DNA from: a virus
Lineage: Duplodnaviria; Caudoviricetes
Direction: 5' to 3' (one strand)
IMG/VR virus record: IMGVR_UViG_3300032243_001145
Location: 32,001 to 96,000 of that record
DNA: 64,000 nt
Below, piece after piece: positions 39,258 through 49,241 of this stretch. Position numbers and translations under genes: made by a program. The notes below the pieces were generated by a model. It did not search any database, had not been told where the DNA came from, and saw only the letters and a program-made list of their open reading frames with translations. The stretch's first letter is position 1; every line of letters begins with the position of its first letter.

Positions 39258-40586
39258 TTAGTTAAAGATTTCATTTACGGAACCGAGGAAAGCTCCAGAC
39301 CATTTTGATTTTGATTTGGTAAATACCTCAGACCCGCCAAGGTCAGAGGACTTCTTAATTGCGGTATCGCCTTCTACGGCATCAACCTGCTTTTGAACAC
39401 CTTCAATGGTGCCCTTTATTTCTGTCACAGCGGCACTAAGTGCGCTGTGCTTTTCTGCCAACTCAGAAATTCTATCATCTACGCTTTTGCTGAAAGCTTC
39501 AACAGATGTTTTAATCTCTGTGACCTGTGCAGCATTTGCTTCTGTAGCCTTTGTGAGTGTCTCTGCGAAAAAGCCTTTTAGATCGCCTAACATCTTTGCA
39601 AAATCAGGTTCATCAACCATGACCTCAGCATTATCGAGTTCGGCTGCTTTTTCAACGGAGTTGGCAGGAGCTGTATCTTCTGTTGTCTCTTCAACAATTG
39701 CATCTTCTGCAGCTGGTGTTTCTACAACATCGACAGACTTTTCAATAGTTGTTTCTGCTTCTACAGCTTCTACAACTACATCATTTGTTACGTCTGACAT
39801 CTCATTACCTCCTTCTACGTTTGCCTGTTTTGCTAATTGTGTTTCAGGCAACGGTAATCTTGACTTCTTGAATGAAGCAAGAATTTTATCTATTTCTTTT
39901 GACTTGTTAATGTCTGAGCTTTCTACCCAACCGATTAGCGCAGCTGGTTTTCCAGATATTGGTGAATCAAAAGTTTTTTCTGTAGACATAAACACTGAGT
40001 CGCTGTCTTCGCAATAAAAAATATTTTCTGTTACTACATTTGTAGCAAGGCCTTTATATACCATCTTTCCATTAACTTTCTCAATTGAAAAAATGTTACA
40101 TAGCTCGTTTGCTGGTGAATCGACAATTGAAAGTTCAACAAGGTCATAATCCTTGATAAATCTTACTGCCTCTCCTGTTGCTTTGTTAACTTCATTATCA
40201 GACTCTTTAATTTTTCCGCCAATTGAAAAACCAGAAAGAGTACCGTCAAGAACTTTTTCCCAAGTATCTTGTGCACCTTTTGAAATGTATGAAGTTACAT
40301 AAACTCCATTGTAAAAAGTTTGAGATTTTTGATCGTAGTATGTTTCTGGTTTAAATGAAACAACCTTACCAACTGCAATTGACTGATGCATCTCACGAAG
40401 GTTGCCTCTAAAGTTTTCAAAAGCTTTTATGCTTGCTTCTGCTGTGACAACATCTCCTGTCTGGTCAACATTATCTAATGTTGCAAAACCAGATACAGTT
40501 CTATTTTCTCGATTGACCTTAGTAAACGGAATCGACAAATGTAAGTTGTCGCCATTACTAGACCAATGGCCTTTTTCAATGTTCAT
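39258..40586 (-). CDS. Prohead protease fused to acidic/coiled-coil scaffold
   Basis: VSGFAT...DQTGD, REMH, GFSIGG, ELSIVDSPAN; acidic coiled-coil C-terminal half. Confidence 0.9.
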   Translation of the reverse strand: MNIEKGHWSSNGDNLHLSIPFTKVNRENRTVSGFATLDNVDQTGDVVTAEASIKAFENFRGNLREMHQSIAVGKVVSFKPETYYDQKSQTFYNGVYVTSYISKGAQDTWEKVLDGTLSGFSIGGKIKESDNEVNKATGEAVRFIKDYDLVELSIVDSPANELCNIFSIEKVNGKMVYKGLATNVVTENIFYCEDSDSVFMSTEKTFDSPISGKPAALIGWVESSDINKSKEIDKILASFKKSRLPLPETQLAKQANVEGGNEMSDVTNDVVVEAVEAETTIEKSVDVVETPAAEDAIVEETTEDTAPANSVEKAAELDNAEVMVDEPDFAKMLGDLKGFFAETLTKATEANAAQVTEIKTSVEAFSKSVDDRISELAEKHSALSAAVTEIKGTIEGVQKQVDAVEGDTAIKKSSDLGGSEVFTKSKSKWSGAFLGSVNEIFN

Positions 40587-40593
40587 ATGGTTA

Positions 40594-40622
40594 ATTTTAG
40601 TGGTTTATCTACTATAACGCAA
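40594..40622 (-). promoter_or_regulatory. Putative late promoter TTGCGT-N17-TAAAAT (probably leaderless)
   Basis: -10 ends 7 nt before the protease ATG; matches the major-tail promoter. Confidence 0.65.
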
Positions 40623-40639
40623 ATAACAGTTGATTAAAC

Positions 40640-42229
40640 TTATTTGACTTTTGGACCGTCGCCCTTGGGGTTTCTGGCTTCTCCGCTTTTATCTGGAGCA
40701 TTTGCGGACCTTTGTTGGTCTCGCTTTTTATTACCAGTTGACTTTGCTTTTTGATCGGCTACTTGCTGAGGCTTTAAATCCACCATTTCGTCTCCGCCCT
40801 CAACAGTTGTCATATTCTTTCTAAGACGAACTTCATTAGGGGTAATGACCTGCATTCTCAAATAAATTTCATCAATACGGCTTTGAGTTTCTTCATCAGT
40901 AAGACTTAATTCATTAAACTTTAATTGCACAACATCTGTTTTTTCTGAAATCAAATAATTTAATTTCTTTTCAAGTCTATCTTGTGACGGACGGCAAACC
41001 TGTTCTTTAAATGTTTTATCGGCATCTCTGGCTGCAGCAAGGTTGATTCCTTCTGGAATACCAATTTTGCTAATTGGAACACGGTGAGCCAAAAGAATTT
41101 CATCTCTATTAGACTTACGATAGATATTAAATGAAGACTCTTGTTCGCCTGCTTCAATCGGCTCCATTTTAAATTCAGTTTTTGAGTCTGGCGTATCAGC
41201 TGGAAGTGGGATATATAGAGATCTGTGATTTTTTCCCTTTAGTCCAACCTGAAAAAATTCAAGAAGTTTTCTTTCTGACTCTGGTGAAAGTTTTGCTCCT
41301 TTTACTGTAATTATATATCTTGGGACTGCTTTATTTTCAAAGTAGTCTAAGTTATATCTACCAGCAAATTCATTTCCTGCCAGCGCTTGCTGTGCTGCAA
41401 TAATATCTGGTACTCCGTAGTAGTTATTCATTGGAGTGTATTTTTTTAAATGAATAATCTCATTTGGTCTATCTTCTTGACCAGCAATTGGACTTGGAGT
41501 TTCAAGATCACCAAAGTTACGGAAGTAAACTGCTTTTCCATAAAGTAGTTGAATAAATCCGTCACGTAATCTACGTACACGCATCGTTTTAGCTGGTATA
41601 TGGCCTATATAGCCTATATCTCCAGCAGTAGTACGTCCTATCTCTATGTACCCATTTCCAGTCGCCTCAAGGTCTGTGTAGGCCTTTATAAGGGTCTCTG
41701 TAAATGATTCTTCTTCATTACAATCATCTAGCCATTTGTCTAGCTGAGTTTTAATTCTATCAATTTTTGAACGAGCTCTATCTGCTTGCTTTTGATCAGT
41801 TATAGCATCCATTGCATCTTTTGCTTTAGATGTTTCTGTAAACATATATCCTAGGCCAACAATATTTGAAACCTTAGCATTGATGGCTGCATAGTTATAA
41901 GTAGAGACTTCATAAATTTTTGAAAGGTATTCTAAATTATATGTTGGCTCTACAAGATCAAATAATGCATATCCGCTAATTGCTTGCTGAAGCAGATTCT
42001 GTTGTGTGCCTACGCCAGATGTTCCAACAAATGCTTTTGAAAAATCACGATTAATTTTACGTTTAAAATTTGTTCCAAGGCCTCTTAATTTTTTAATTTC
42101 TTCTAGGCCTATTTTAAATGGATCTTCTGATTCTTCTGCTTTTTGAAAATGAAACCAGTCAGATGTATTTGAAATATCTATTGTATTTGATGAATTGTCA
42201 TCGTCTAAAAATTCTATGTTGCGTGTCAT
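40640..42229 (-). CDS. Portal protein (HK97/PBSX-like)
   Basis: GNGYIE, NEIIHLK...YYGVP, ILLAHRVP, ITPNEVR. Confidence 0.92.
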   Translation of the reverse strand: MTRNIEFLDDDNSSNTIDISNTSDWFHFQKAEESEDPFKIGLEEIKKLRGLGTNFKRKINRDFSKAFVGTSGVGTQQNLLQQAISGYALFDLVEPTYNLEYLSKIYEVSTYNYAAINAKVSNIVGLGYMFTETSKAKDAMDAITDQKQADRARSKIDRIKTQLDKWLDDCNEEESFTETLIKAYTDLEATGNGYIEIGRTTAGDIGYIGHIPAKTMRVRRLRDGFIQLLYGKAVYFRNFGDLETPSPIAGQEDRPNEIIHLKKYTPMNNYYGVPDIIAAQQALAGNEFAGRYNLDYFENKAVPRYIITVKGAKLSPESERKLLEFFQVGLKGKNHRSLYIPLPADTPDSKTEFKMEPIEAGEQESSFNIYRKSNRDEILLAHRVPISKIGIPEGINLAAARDADKTFKEQVCRPSQDRLEKKLNYLISEKTDVVQLKFNELSLTDEETQSRIDEIYLRMQVITPNEVRLRKNMTTVEGGDEMVDLKPQQVADQKAKSTGNKKRDQQRSANAPDKSGEARNPKGDGPKVK

Positions 42230-42564
42230 TGTACTTTACCGCCTCTTAGTACAGAGTCTTTATAGACTCCGATATCGTATGGGTCTGGTGGAAGTCCCCA
42301 TTTAAGTCGTTGTTCTTGTTCTGCAAGCTCTTCGTCATTAATCTTTCTGCGCCCAGATAAAAATTTGGGTTCACCCTCATAAATACCATATGAGCGAACT
42401 TCTCTAGCCAAAGCATTGATTCTGGATTTATTGCCTTTGATTGACGTGATCGAAAGAAAATTCCCATCGTCATCTCCAATCCATCTGCCGTCTGGCATCA
42501 TCCATACGTATATGCCTAGGGTTGTCTCTTCAACAATCTTAGTATTTTTATTTAAGATATCCAT
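42226..42564 (-). CDS. Hypothetical protein upstream of portal
   Basis: ATGA overlap with portal; promoter TGGACT-N17-TATGAT upstream. Confidence 0.75.
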   Translation of the reverse strand: MDILNKNTKIVEETTLGIYVWMMPDGRWIGDDDGNFLSITSIKGNKSRINALAREVRSYGIYEGEPKFLSGRRKINDEELAEQEQRLKWGLPPDPYDIGVYKDSVLRGGKVQ

Positions 42565-42626
42565 AGACCACAATCATACCATTATCTAGCACTAAAGTCC
42601 AGATCTATGCCAAACAATTACATAAT

Positions 42627-44435
42627 TTATATGCTTATTGACAAGGGCTCTACAGAAGTAATAGTAAATGATGTAAAATCATTACCAGTTGTTGTCTCAG
42701 ATATTGTCATTTGGGTGTCAGCAATTGTTTTTACCATATTCCCTGTATATAGAAGGTAGTGTTGAGCTATCTGGGTTACAGAAAGATTGTCTTCGTATAT
42801 GGCTAGGTTATTATACATATTGCCTACTCCAGACTTTGAGTCAGTCTGATTTTGATTAAACTTGATATTAGTCGCCCCAGATGTAAAATTAATAACAACA
42901 TGATGTGGCAACCCTACTGCCATAAAATCAAATACATTTGTTTCGGATGTCCTGTTTATACCATTTACGTATATTGAAGAAACTGCTGTTTTTGATATAG
43001 CGCCGTTTGAAGACCATTCATATATCTTTGATGCCGCTGAGACAAGTACATTTTCAGCTGACTCTGGGGTAAATATCATCTCCACTGCTTTAATATTTGG
43101 CACACCATTTAAACTAAATCCGTGGCCATTGTACATTCTTAGACCATTATTTTTATTATATGACAAAATTTTACTATTATTTTTTGGCAAAGAATAATCA
43201 AAAGATGAGGATAAGTAGTACCCAGAATTATCGCTATAAAAGTTTTTAGATCCATAGAATAATATTTCAATGTTTCTTAATTTTAGGTCATACTTACTTG
43301 TGTCATATGAAGACATGGTCACCCTTATATACAGGATGCTTGAGACTTGATTATCATTTTTATTATAATATGGGAGCGGGCTTCCATTTTTACATTCACG
43401 CCAACCATTAATTCCATTTAGACTTACTGCTACTTTTATTCCAGATAAGTCGTCGTTCCAATATATTTGGCTTGTAGATATACTAGAATAGTTTGGAACA
43501 GTAAAAGAATCTATAAATGAATACTCTGCGATTGCAGATTCAGTTGTTTTTGGAAAATACAAATAAGATCCGTCTTGTGATATAGATATTCCATCTTTTG
43601 CTACATCTGTCCAAGATTTAGATTGAGGGTAAGCAAATCTAAATTTATGTTGAATTGGGCTAGAGTTCATGCTAAACATATATCCGCCATCTACATTTAC
43701 TATTTGAGATGAATTTATTTCTTTTATGCCTTCTAAATAATGAGCTCTAATTTGATTTTCGGAAAGTCTAAATTTATAAAATGCAACACAGTCTATGACA
43801 AATTTTCCATTTGCGGAACCTGTTTTAAAATCAAGTGATGAGTTTGAAAACTGATAGTTACCTATGTTTGAAGATTCTACAAGTGCTCCGTTGATGTAAA
43901 GAGATATTGATGTTCCTTCAAATATACCGACTAGATGAAATGATTGTGAGTTAGATACGCTGTATTCTATTTCATTGCCGCCTACTTTAAAAACAATATT
44001 TCCATTTTTATAAAAAAGACCAGTATTAATTTCTGTATCTCCGACTATTGTTATATCAATTTGTGTAGGAGGCAAAACACACCAAGATTCAATTGTAAAA
44101 GAATCATCTTTATTGTATTGATTTGCAATACCCTGCGGTACGTAGTGAATTTCTGTATCTGACAGTATCTGTGTGCCTCGTATACCTCCAGATATTAAAG
44201 GCATTAATTCTTTATTAGATGTATTTACAGCATATCCATCATTAACGTTACCAGAGTAATCGTACACTGGAAGTCCGCTGAGTGCTGAGTAGGTTAGGCC
44301 GCTGTCTTTTAAATCTTGATAGGTTGCAAATTGAGACACTATTCCAGAATATGATCCAACGCTTCCAGATCTAACTTCATCTAACAAATAAAATGATGTT
44401 GGATGGTCATTTAAGACTACGTTTTTATATGACAT
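42627..44435 (-). CDS. LamG/concanavalin-like virion protein
   Basis: FTIESW...HLVGIFEG...LYING...IDCVAFY...QIRAHY. Confidence 0.8.
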   Translation of the reverse strand: MSYKNVVLNDHPTSFYLLDEVRSGSVGSYSGIVSQFATYQDLKDSGLTYSALSGLPVYDYSGNVNDGYAVNTSNKELMPLISGGIRGTQILSDTEIHYVPQGIANQYNKDDSFTIESWCVLPPTQIDITIVGDTEINTGLFYKNGNIVFKVGGNEIEYSVSNSQSFHLVGIFEGTSISLYINGALVESSNIGNYQFSNSSLDFKTGSANGKFVIDCVAFYKFRLSENQIRAHYLEGIKEINSSQIVNVDGGYMFSMNSSPIQHKFRFAYPQSKSWTDVAKDGISISQDGSYLYFPKTTESAIAEYSFIDSFTVPNYSSISTSQIYWNDDLSGIKVAVSLNGINGWRECKNGSPLPYYNKNDNQVSSILYIRVTMSSYDTSKYDLKLRNIEILFYGSKNFYSDNSGYYLSSSFDYSLPKNNSKILSYNKNNGLRMYNGHGFSLNGVPNIKAVEMIFTPESAENVLVSAASKIYEWSSNGAISKTAVSSIYVNGINRTSETNVFDFMAVGLPHHVVINFTSGATNIKFNQNQTDSKSGVGNMYNNLAIYEDNLSVTQIAQHYLLYTGNMVKTIADTQMTISETTTGNDFTSFTITSVEPLSISI

Positions 44436-44442
44436 CCAGGAC

Positions 44443-45564
44443 CTACTGCTCTTCTAGTATTTTTACTCTTGCTGTAAGCTCTTGTACCGCTTTAATTAAT
44501 GGAGAAATAAACTCTTCGTATCTCAATGCCTGTTGACCCTCTGGGTCAGCGACATCTGATATTACCCATCCGCCAAAGTCTGCTACTCCAGCAGCATCTA
44601 ATACTGATTTAACTTCTTGTGCAATTAAGCCATAATGCGTTCTGCTTCCATCTATCTTATTATACTTAACAGGATTAAGGTTATTTATAAAATCTAAACC
44701 AAGGTCTGATGTTATTATGTTTTCTTTTGTTCTTGCATCAGATATCACTGTGGCTGCGGAATTTAAATATATGTTTTTCCAGCCTCTTGTTGTGCGCTGG
44801 TCTCCAGGTGGATTCAATGGGCCCATTAGACCTAACGAATAAAGATTTGTGGTTAAAGGAAACCAGTTTGAATTTACTCCTATTGTGGAAATATCTGTTG
44901 CTGAGTAATTTAATGAAATTCTTGTAGCAATAGGATCTATGTTTGCATTTGTTCCAGCTGGTCCTGCTGGTCCAGTTGCTCCCGCTGCACCGTCAGCACC
45001 ACGGGGTATTGTAAAGTTTAAAACTACATTACTTGATGTTCCAGTATTTGTAACAATAGCGTTTGTTCCTGCTGCACCTGTAGTTACTGGGCTAGCAATA
45101 GTAATTGTTGCTGCTGCATCACCTTTTGGACCAGTTGCTCCAGTTGCTCCAGTTGCTCCAGTTGCTCCTACTGGTATAACAAAATTTATTGTTTGTGATG
45201 GAGATGTCCCAGTAATAGAAACTTGTGGTTGTGTTCCTGGGGCTCCAGCGGTTACTGTTCCAGGAGTTAATACATTAGCTGGGCCTGGGCCACCTAAAAC
45301 TCCATCAGCACCTCTTGGGATATTAAAAGTTAAATGTTGCGTTGGCGCTGCACCACTAATATACACAGAAGCTTGCTCTCCCGCAGAAATCGTATTAGTT
45401 GCAATTACATCCAAGGCATTAGCAGGACCTGAAGGCCCTTGTGGGCCTGGATGTGCAGCAATATATGCAGCAATATCATTTCCAAGAATACCAAGATCTC
45501 TAGGAACGTCGGGTGAGTCCGTGTAAGTTGGAAAGTGCCATCCATTAACGCCTGTAGTTGCCAT
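44443..45564 (-). CDS. Collagen-like fibre protein with C-terminal S74 chaperone
   Basis: Gly-X-Y runs, three FxIPxG modules, SDARTKENI...LNPVKY...GLIAQEV...LIKAVQEL. Confidence 0.87.
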   Translation of the reverse strand: MATTGVNGWHFPTYTDSPDVPRDLGILGNDIAAYIAAHPGPQGPSGPANALDVIATNTISAGEQASVYISGAAPTQHLTFNIPRGADGVLGGPGPANVLTPGTVTAGAPGTQPQVSITGTSPSQTINFVIPVGATGATGATGATGPKGDAAATITIASPVTTGAAGTNAIVTNTGTSSNVVLNFTIPRGADGAAGATGPAGPAGTNANIDPIATRISLNYSATDISTIGVNSNWFPLTTNLYSLGLMGPLNPPGDQRTTRGWKNIYLNSAATVISDARTKENIITSDLGLDFINNLNPVKYNKIDGSRTHYGLIAQEVKSVLDAAGVADFGGWVISDVADPEGQQALRYEEFISPLIKAVQELTARVKILEEQ

Positions 45565-45570
45565 TTTTTA

Positions 45571-45579
45571 ATTATACCA
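45571..45579 (-). promoter_or_regulatory. Extended -10 promoter, leaderless geometry
   Basis: TGGTATAAT-N6-ATG. Confidence 0.65.
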
Positions 45580-45581
45580 TC

Positions 45582-46241
45582 TTACTTTTTATATACTGAA
45601 ATTGGAGACATAAACCTGGAACCACTTTTAATATTAGATACTCCATGTTTATAGGGTTCTACTGAAGGGAACATTATAAGGCTGCCAGCTTTTGGCTTTA
45701 AGTCTATTCCATGTCCAGGAAAATATATTTCTCCACCTTCATAATCATCATTTAGATATGTAACAATAGAAAATGAAAGTCCTTTATGTCCGTCTTGATT
45801 ATCACAATGTGGTCCCATACCTTCACCAATATTCCATTTTCTAATTGGAATCATATTAAGGTCTAGATCGTAATCGTCTTTATTTAATCCATGACCATCC
45901 ATATATTTTACAAAACACATTTCTGTAGCCATAATAAAGCTATTTGATATATATTTAATTTTTTGATCTAGTCTTTCATCACCAGATGTTTGTGATAGAT
46001 TTGAAGTTTTTATAATTTTACTTGATCCATAAATATGATCGTTTTTATTACTGGATATCCAGTCTTCCCATTTAGTTATTGATCCATGAGATTTTTCTAA
46101 TAAATCAACCTCATTAATAAAATTAAGAAGCTCTTCTGGATAACTTAAAACATTTTCAAAATACCAAATATTATTTTCTAAAACCGTTAAATCAAACATG
46201 TGATACATTTTTTGTGCCATTTCATCTTGGCTACTAATCAT
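45582..46241 (-). CDS. 2OG-Fe(II) oxygenase, prolyl-4-hydroxylase-like
   Basis: HCD...YLNDDYEGGE...KPKAGS...HGV...R. Confidence 0.9.
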   Translation of the reverse strand: MISSQDEMAQKMYHMFDLTVLENNIWYFENVLSYPEELLNFINEVDLLEKSHGSITKWEDWISSNKNDHIYGSSKIIKTSNLSQTSGDERLDQKIKYISNSFIMATEMCFVKYMDGHGLNKDDYDLDLNMIPIRKWNIGEGMGPHCDNQDGHKGLSFSIVTYLNDDYEGGEIYFPGHGIDLKPKAGSLIMFPSVEPYKHGVSNIKSGSRFMSPISVYKK

Positions 46242-46995
46242 TTTTTTTAACCTCTTTTACTGGAATTTTTTCTCCAGTTGGAGTTAGAACTAAACCTTTT
46301 TCTCTAACCTCTTCCCAAACTTTTTGTTCTTCTTTTTGATAAGCTCTTACTCCTGCAAGTTCTTTTGCCCACTGGTCTCTAATCTCTTGTGGATAATCAG
46401 ACTCTTCTCTATCATCCCAAAATGATCCCAAAGTATATCTTTCTTTTTCTTTTACAACTGTAACTTCGTGCATATTTTTATGTCCACCATGAAATATTAA
46501 AAATGATCCTGATTTTGGAGTAATTTCCATTGGGTCTTTACCGTCTTGAAAGTAAAACTTTAAAGTGCCACCTTCAAAATCATCATTTAAATACAAAAAT
46601 CCTGCGTATCTACTTCTAGTAAATGCTCCCATTTTGCCTTCGTTATCGCTATTGTCAGAATGCTTTGGAGCAAATGCTCCTGGTAACCACCTTTGACTAT
46701 GAAAACTTATTTTTGACATTTTTTCTACAGGCTGACCTGCAACTTCAGCGGCAGCTTTTTTAAATCTTTCTTGAGTGTCTGTAAACCAAGTTGAGCTTAA
46801 GCCTACTTCTGATAATATAGGATCGTTGTCTGGTGGGTACATAGCTGAGTATGATTCATAAAAAGAAATGCCTTTCCAGTAACCAGGATCAGCTTCTTCA
46901 AATTTTTTAAAAATTTTAATTACTGCATCACATTCTTCTTTTGTAATAAAATTATCATATTGAAAAATGTCTTCTGTTAGCTTAGTAAGTTTCAT
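46234..46995 (-). CDS. 2OG-Fe(II) oxygenase, prolyl-4-hydroxylase-like
   Basis: HSD...YLNDDFEGG...HEV...RYT. Confidence 0.9.
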   Translation of the reverse strand: MKLTKLTEDIFQYDNFITKEECDAVIKIFKKFEEADPGYWKGISFYESYSAMYPPDNDPILSEVGLSSTWFTDTQERFKKAAAEVAGQPVEKMSKISFHSQRWLPGAFAPKHSDNSDNEGKMGAFTRSRYAGFLYLNDDFEGGTLKFYFQDGKDPMEITPKSGSFLIFHGGHKNMHEVTVVKEKERYTLGSFWDDREESDYPQEIRDQWAKELAGVRAYQKEEQKVWEEVREKGLVLTPTGEKIPVKEVKKND

Positions 46996-47815
46996 TTTTG
47001 TTCTTTTCTTTTGATAAAATTTCTTTATATTCTTCATATTCTACTGGCTTGCCATCTTTTAAATAACGCATATTTCTTGGATCATCATAATCAATTCTTT
47101 CTGATTCCATCTTTGCCCATCTATATGCTCCCCATTTTAATTGATTGTCTAGCCATTCTTTTGTTCCAGGAAAAGTGTGCATAATAAAATTTCTTACAAA
47201 AAACTTTTCTCCATTATGAATTGTCTTTACACCGTGATAATATGGCTCTATTGATGGGAAAACAACAATATCTCCTGCTTCTGGCTTATGATTTGTAAGA
47301 ACTCCATCTACATAAAATTCAATATCTCCGCCATCATAATCATCATTTATATACATTGTGCATGTTATAAAAAACTTTTCTCCTGGAGCATCTTTTTGTG
47401 ATGTGATGTGATCTGTGTGATACTGCATTGTCATGTTATTGCTTAATACATCAACCTGATCAAAATATTTTGAAAAAGAACATCCACTAAATCTCCATCC
47501 TTCTGGCAATTCAACATTTGTTTTTTCAACATAATCCATGATTACTGCATTGTAGGCTTCTTGAATTTCATCATAAAAAGCTTTTTCTTTTATATACATA
47601 TCTTGAGATTTATCAATTTGCTCAGTCTCTCTATCGTCTTTTATTTGACTGTAAGTTCCAAAGTGTGCCCACTGGTCCCATTTTTTTAAAAAATATTTTC
47701 CTTCAGAAGTTTTTTCAGACTCTTTCATAACTTCATAAAGATTTTTTACATCTTTTAAAACATTTTTGTAAACAAAAACTTTAGGGTAGATTTCATTATA
47801 TTCTAAATTATTCAT
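46982..47815 (-). CDS. 2OG-Fe(II) oxygenase, prolyl-4-hydroxylase-like
   Basis: HTD...YINDDYDGGD...HGV...K. Confidence 0.9.
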   Translation of the reverse strand: MNNLEYNEIYPKVFVYKNVLKDVKNLYEVMKESEKTSEGKYFLKKWDQWAHFGTYSQIKDDRETEQIDKSQDMYIKEKAFYDEIQEAYNAVIMDYVEKTNVELPEGWRFSGCSFSKYFDQVDVLSNNMTMQYHTDHITSQKDAPGEKFFITCTMYINDDYDGGDIEFYVDGVLTNHKPEAGDIVVFPSIEPYYHGVKTIHNGEKFFVRNFIMHTFPGTKEWLDNQLKWGAYRWAKMESERIDYDDPRNMRYLKDGKPVEYEEYKEILSKEKNKNETY

Positions 47816-48489
47816 GGTTGTTTTTCTCCTGTGTGCTTCATTATTGTCCAAAAAAATGGTGATGTAAATCTATTTCCAGATCTTACTGGTCTTACCCCGT
47901 GAGTGTAAAATCTATCCCCTGGGAAAAAATAAGCTGCGCCAGCTTTTGGTTTAAACTCTATTCCATGTTGTGGAAAATAAAGCTCCCCACCTTCATAGTC
48001 ATCGTTAAAATAAAAAAGTCCTGCTATGTCGTAGTGTGGGAAATCGTTTGGCCTACCTTTTTCAATTCCAGTATGAAATTCTTTGTCGGCATGTGGTTCT
48101 TGTCTTGCTCCAACAGGCCATCTAACAATTGCTGGACCAGTCTCTCTAACATCAACATTAAAAAATTTATCAACTTCTATTTTTAATCTTGCAATCATAT
48201 TGTTAATTAAATCTAATATTGTTGGATCCGACGCCATAAGAGATTTATATGTGCAGACTCTGTCTTTCCAAACATCTGCATCGTATAAAACTAATCCGTC
48301 TTCATCTACATGAGTCTCTGTTTTGTCCCATATTTTATTATTTAAAGCAAAATCCATTAATCTTTTTCTTTCATCAATACTAAGAAAATTTTCTAGCTCA
48401 ACAATATTTTCTGAGGATGATCCAAAAAAACCCGAAGGAGTCATTGATTTGGGTATGTGCATATGTAAATCTTTATTAACTATTTCCAT
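47812..48489 (-). CDS. 2OG-Fe(II) oxygenase, prolyl-4-hydroxylase-like
   Basis: HAD...YFNDDYEGGE...HGV...RFT. Confidence 0.9.
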   Translation of the reverse strand: MEIVNKDLHMHIPKSMTPSGFFGSSSENIVELENFLSIDERKRLMDFALNNKIWDKTETHVDEDGLVLYDADVWKDRVCTYKSLMASDPTILDLINNMIARLKIEVDKFFNVDVRETGPAIVRWPVGARQEPHADKEFHTGIEKGRPNDFPHYDIAGLFYFNDDYEGGELYFPQHGIEFKPKAGAAYFFPGDRFYTHGVRPVRSGNRFTSPFFWTIMKHTGEKQP

Positions 48490-48531
48490 TTTTTCTCTTT
48501 TCGGTATTGTGTTTTGCTTTTGGTATACTTA

Positions 48532-48540
48532 ATTTTACCA
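48532..48540 (-). promoter_or_regulatory. Internal extended -10 promoter upstream of four tandem oxygenases
   Basis: TGGTAAAAT in the largest gap (56 nt) of the cassette. Confidence 0.5.
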
Positions 48541-48545
48541 TATAA

Positions 48546-49241
48546 TTAATTAATTTCCTGTATTTCAAATTTAAAGCTATTAATCTCATGTTTTCCTATT
48601 TTATTTCCTTCGTGATCTATTGCTTTTTTGTACCAATCTGAGGTTCTAGAATTAATCCTGCCATACTCTGTCATTGCCTCTACATAATCAAACCCGTGTA
48701 TTACATCCGTAGGAGGAGTATCATTAATAATTGCCGTTGAGTTATTAATTTGAGATAAAGATATTGGAACAATTGCTGCAACTGGTGTGCCAGCTTTTAT
48801 TGTTATAACTTTATTTGGAGATGTCACTTTCCAAACAATATGTAAAGCACCAGTATAAAATGAAGTAGAAATTATTGATGTAAAACATTGTGCTCCATCT
48901 ACAAATTGATTTGGAACTGGAATAGATAGGAGGCTAAGATTTTCATTTGTTTTAAAAACTAAATTTGTTGGAAAGCCTATAACTCCTCCGCCTCTTTCAA
49001 AATAACAATGTTCTTTTCCAGACAAAACTTCAATATCTCCATCATGGCCTTCTGTTGATTTGCCTTTCCAAATAAAAGAAATATCAACTGGAAAGGATAT
49101 ACCAAAACCCATTTTATTTGGAAGTGTTATTGGAAAACAGTTATATGCATATTTATTTTCATGCATCCATTCTCTATTGGATTCAAGTGGTGACAGTATT
49201 GTTTTTGGACCTTCTGTTTTATAAACATAAACTTTATTCAT
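48546..49241 (-). CDS. DUF6065-like protein
   Basis: REWM...AYNCFPITLPNKMGFGI, VPNQF, IGKHEI. Confidence 0.75.
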   Translation of the reverse strand: MNKVYVYKTEGPKTILSPLESNREWMHENKYAYNCFPITLPNKMGFGISFPVDISFIWKGKSTEGHDGDIEVLSGKEHCYFERGGGVIGFPTNLVFKTNENLSLLSIPVPNQFVDGAQCFTSIISTSFYTGALHIVWKVTSPNKVITIKAGTPVAAIVPISLSQINNSTAIINDTPPTDVIHGFDYVEAMTEYGRINSRTSDWYKKAIDHEGNKIGKHEINSFKFEIQEIN

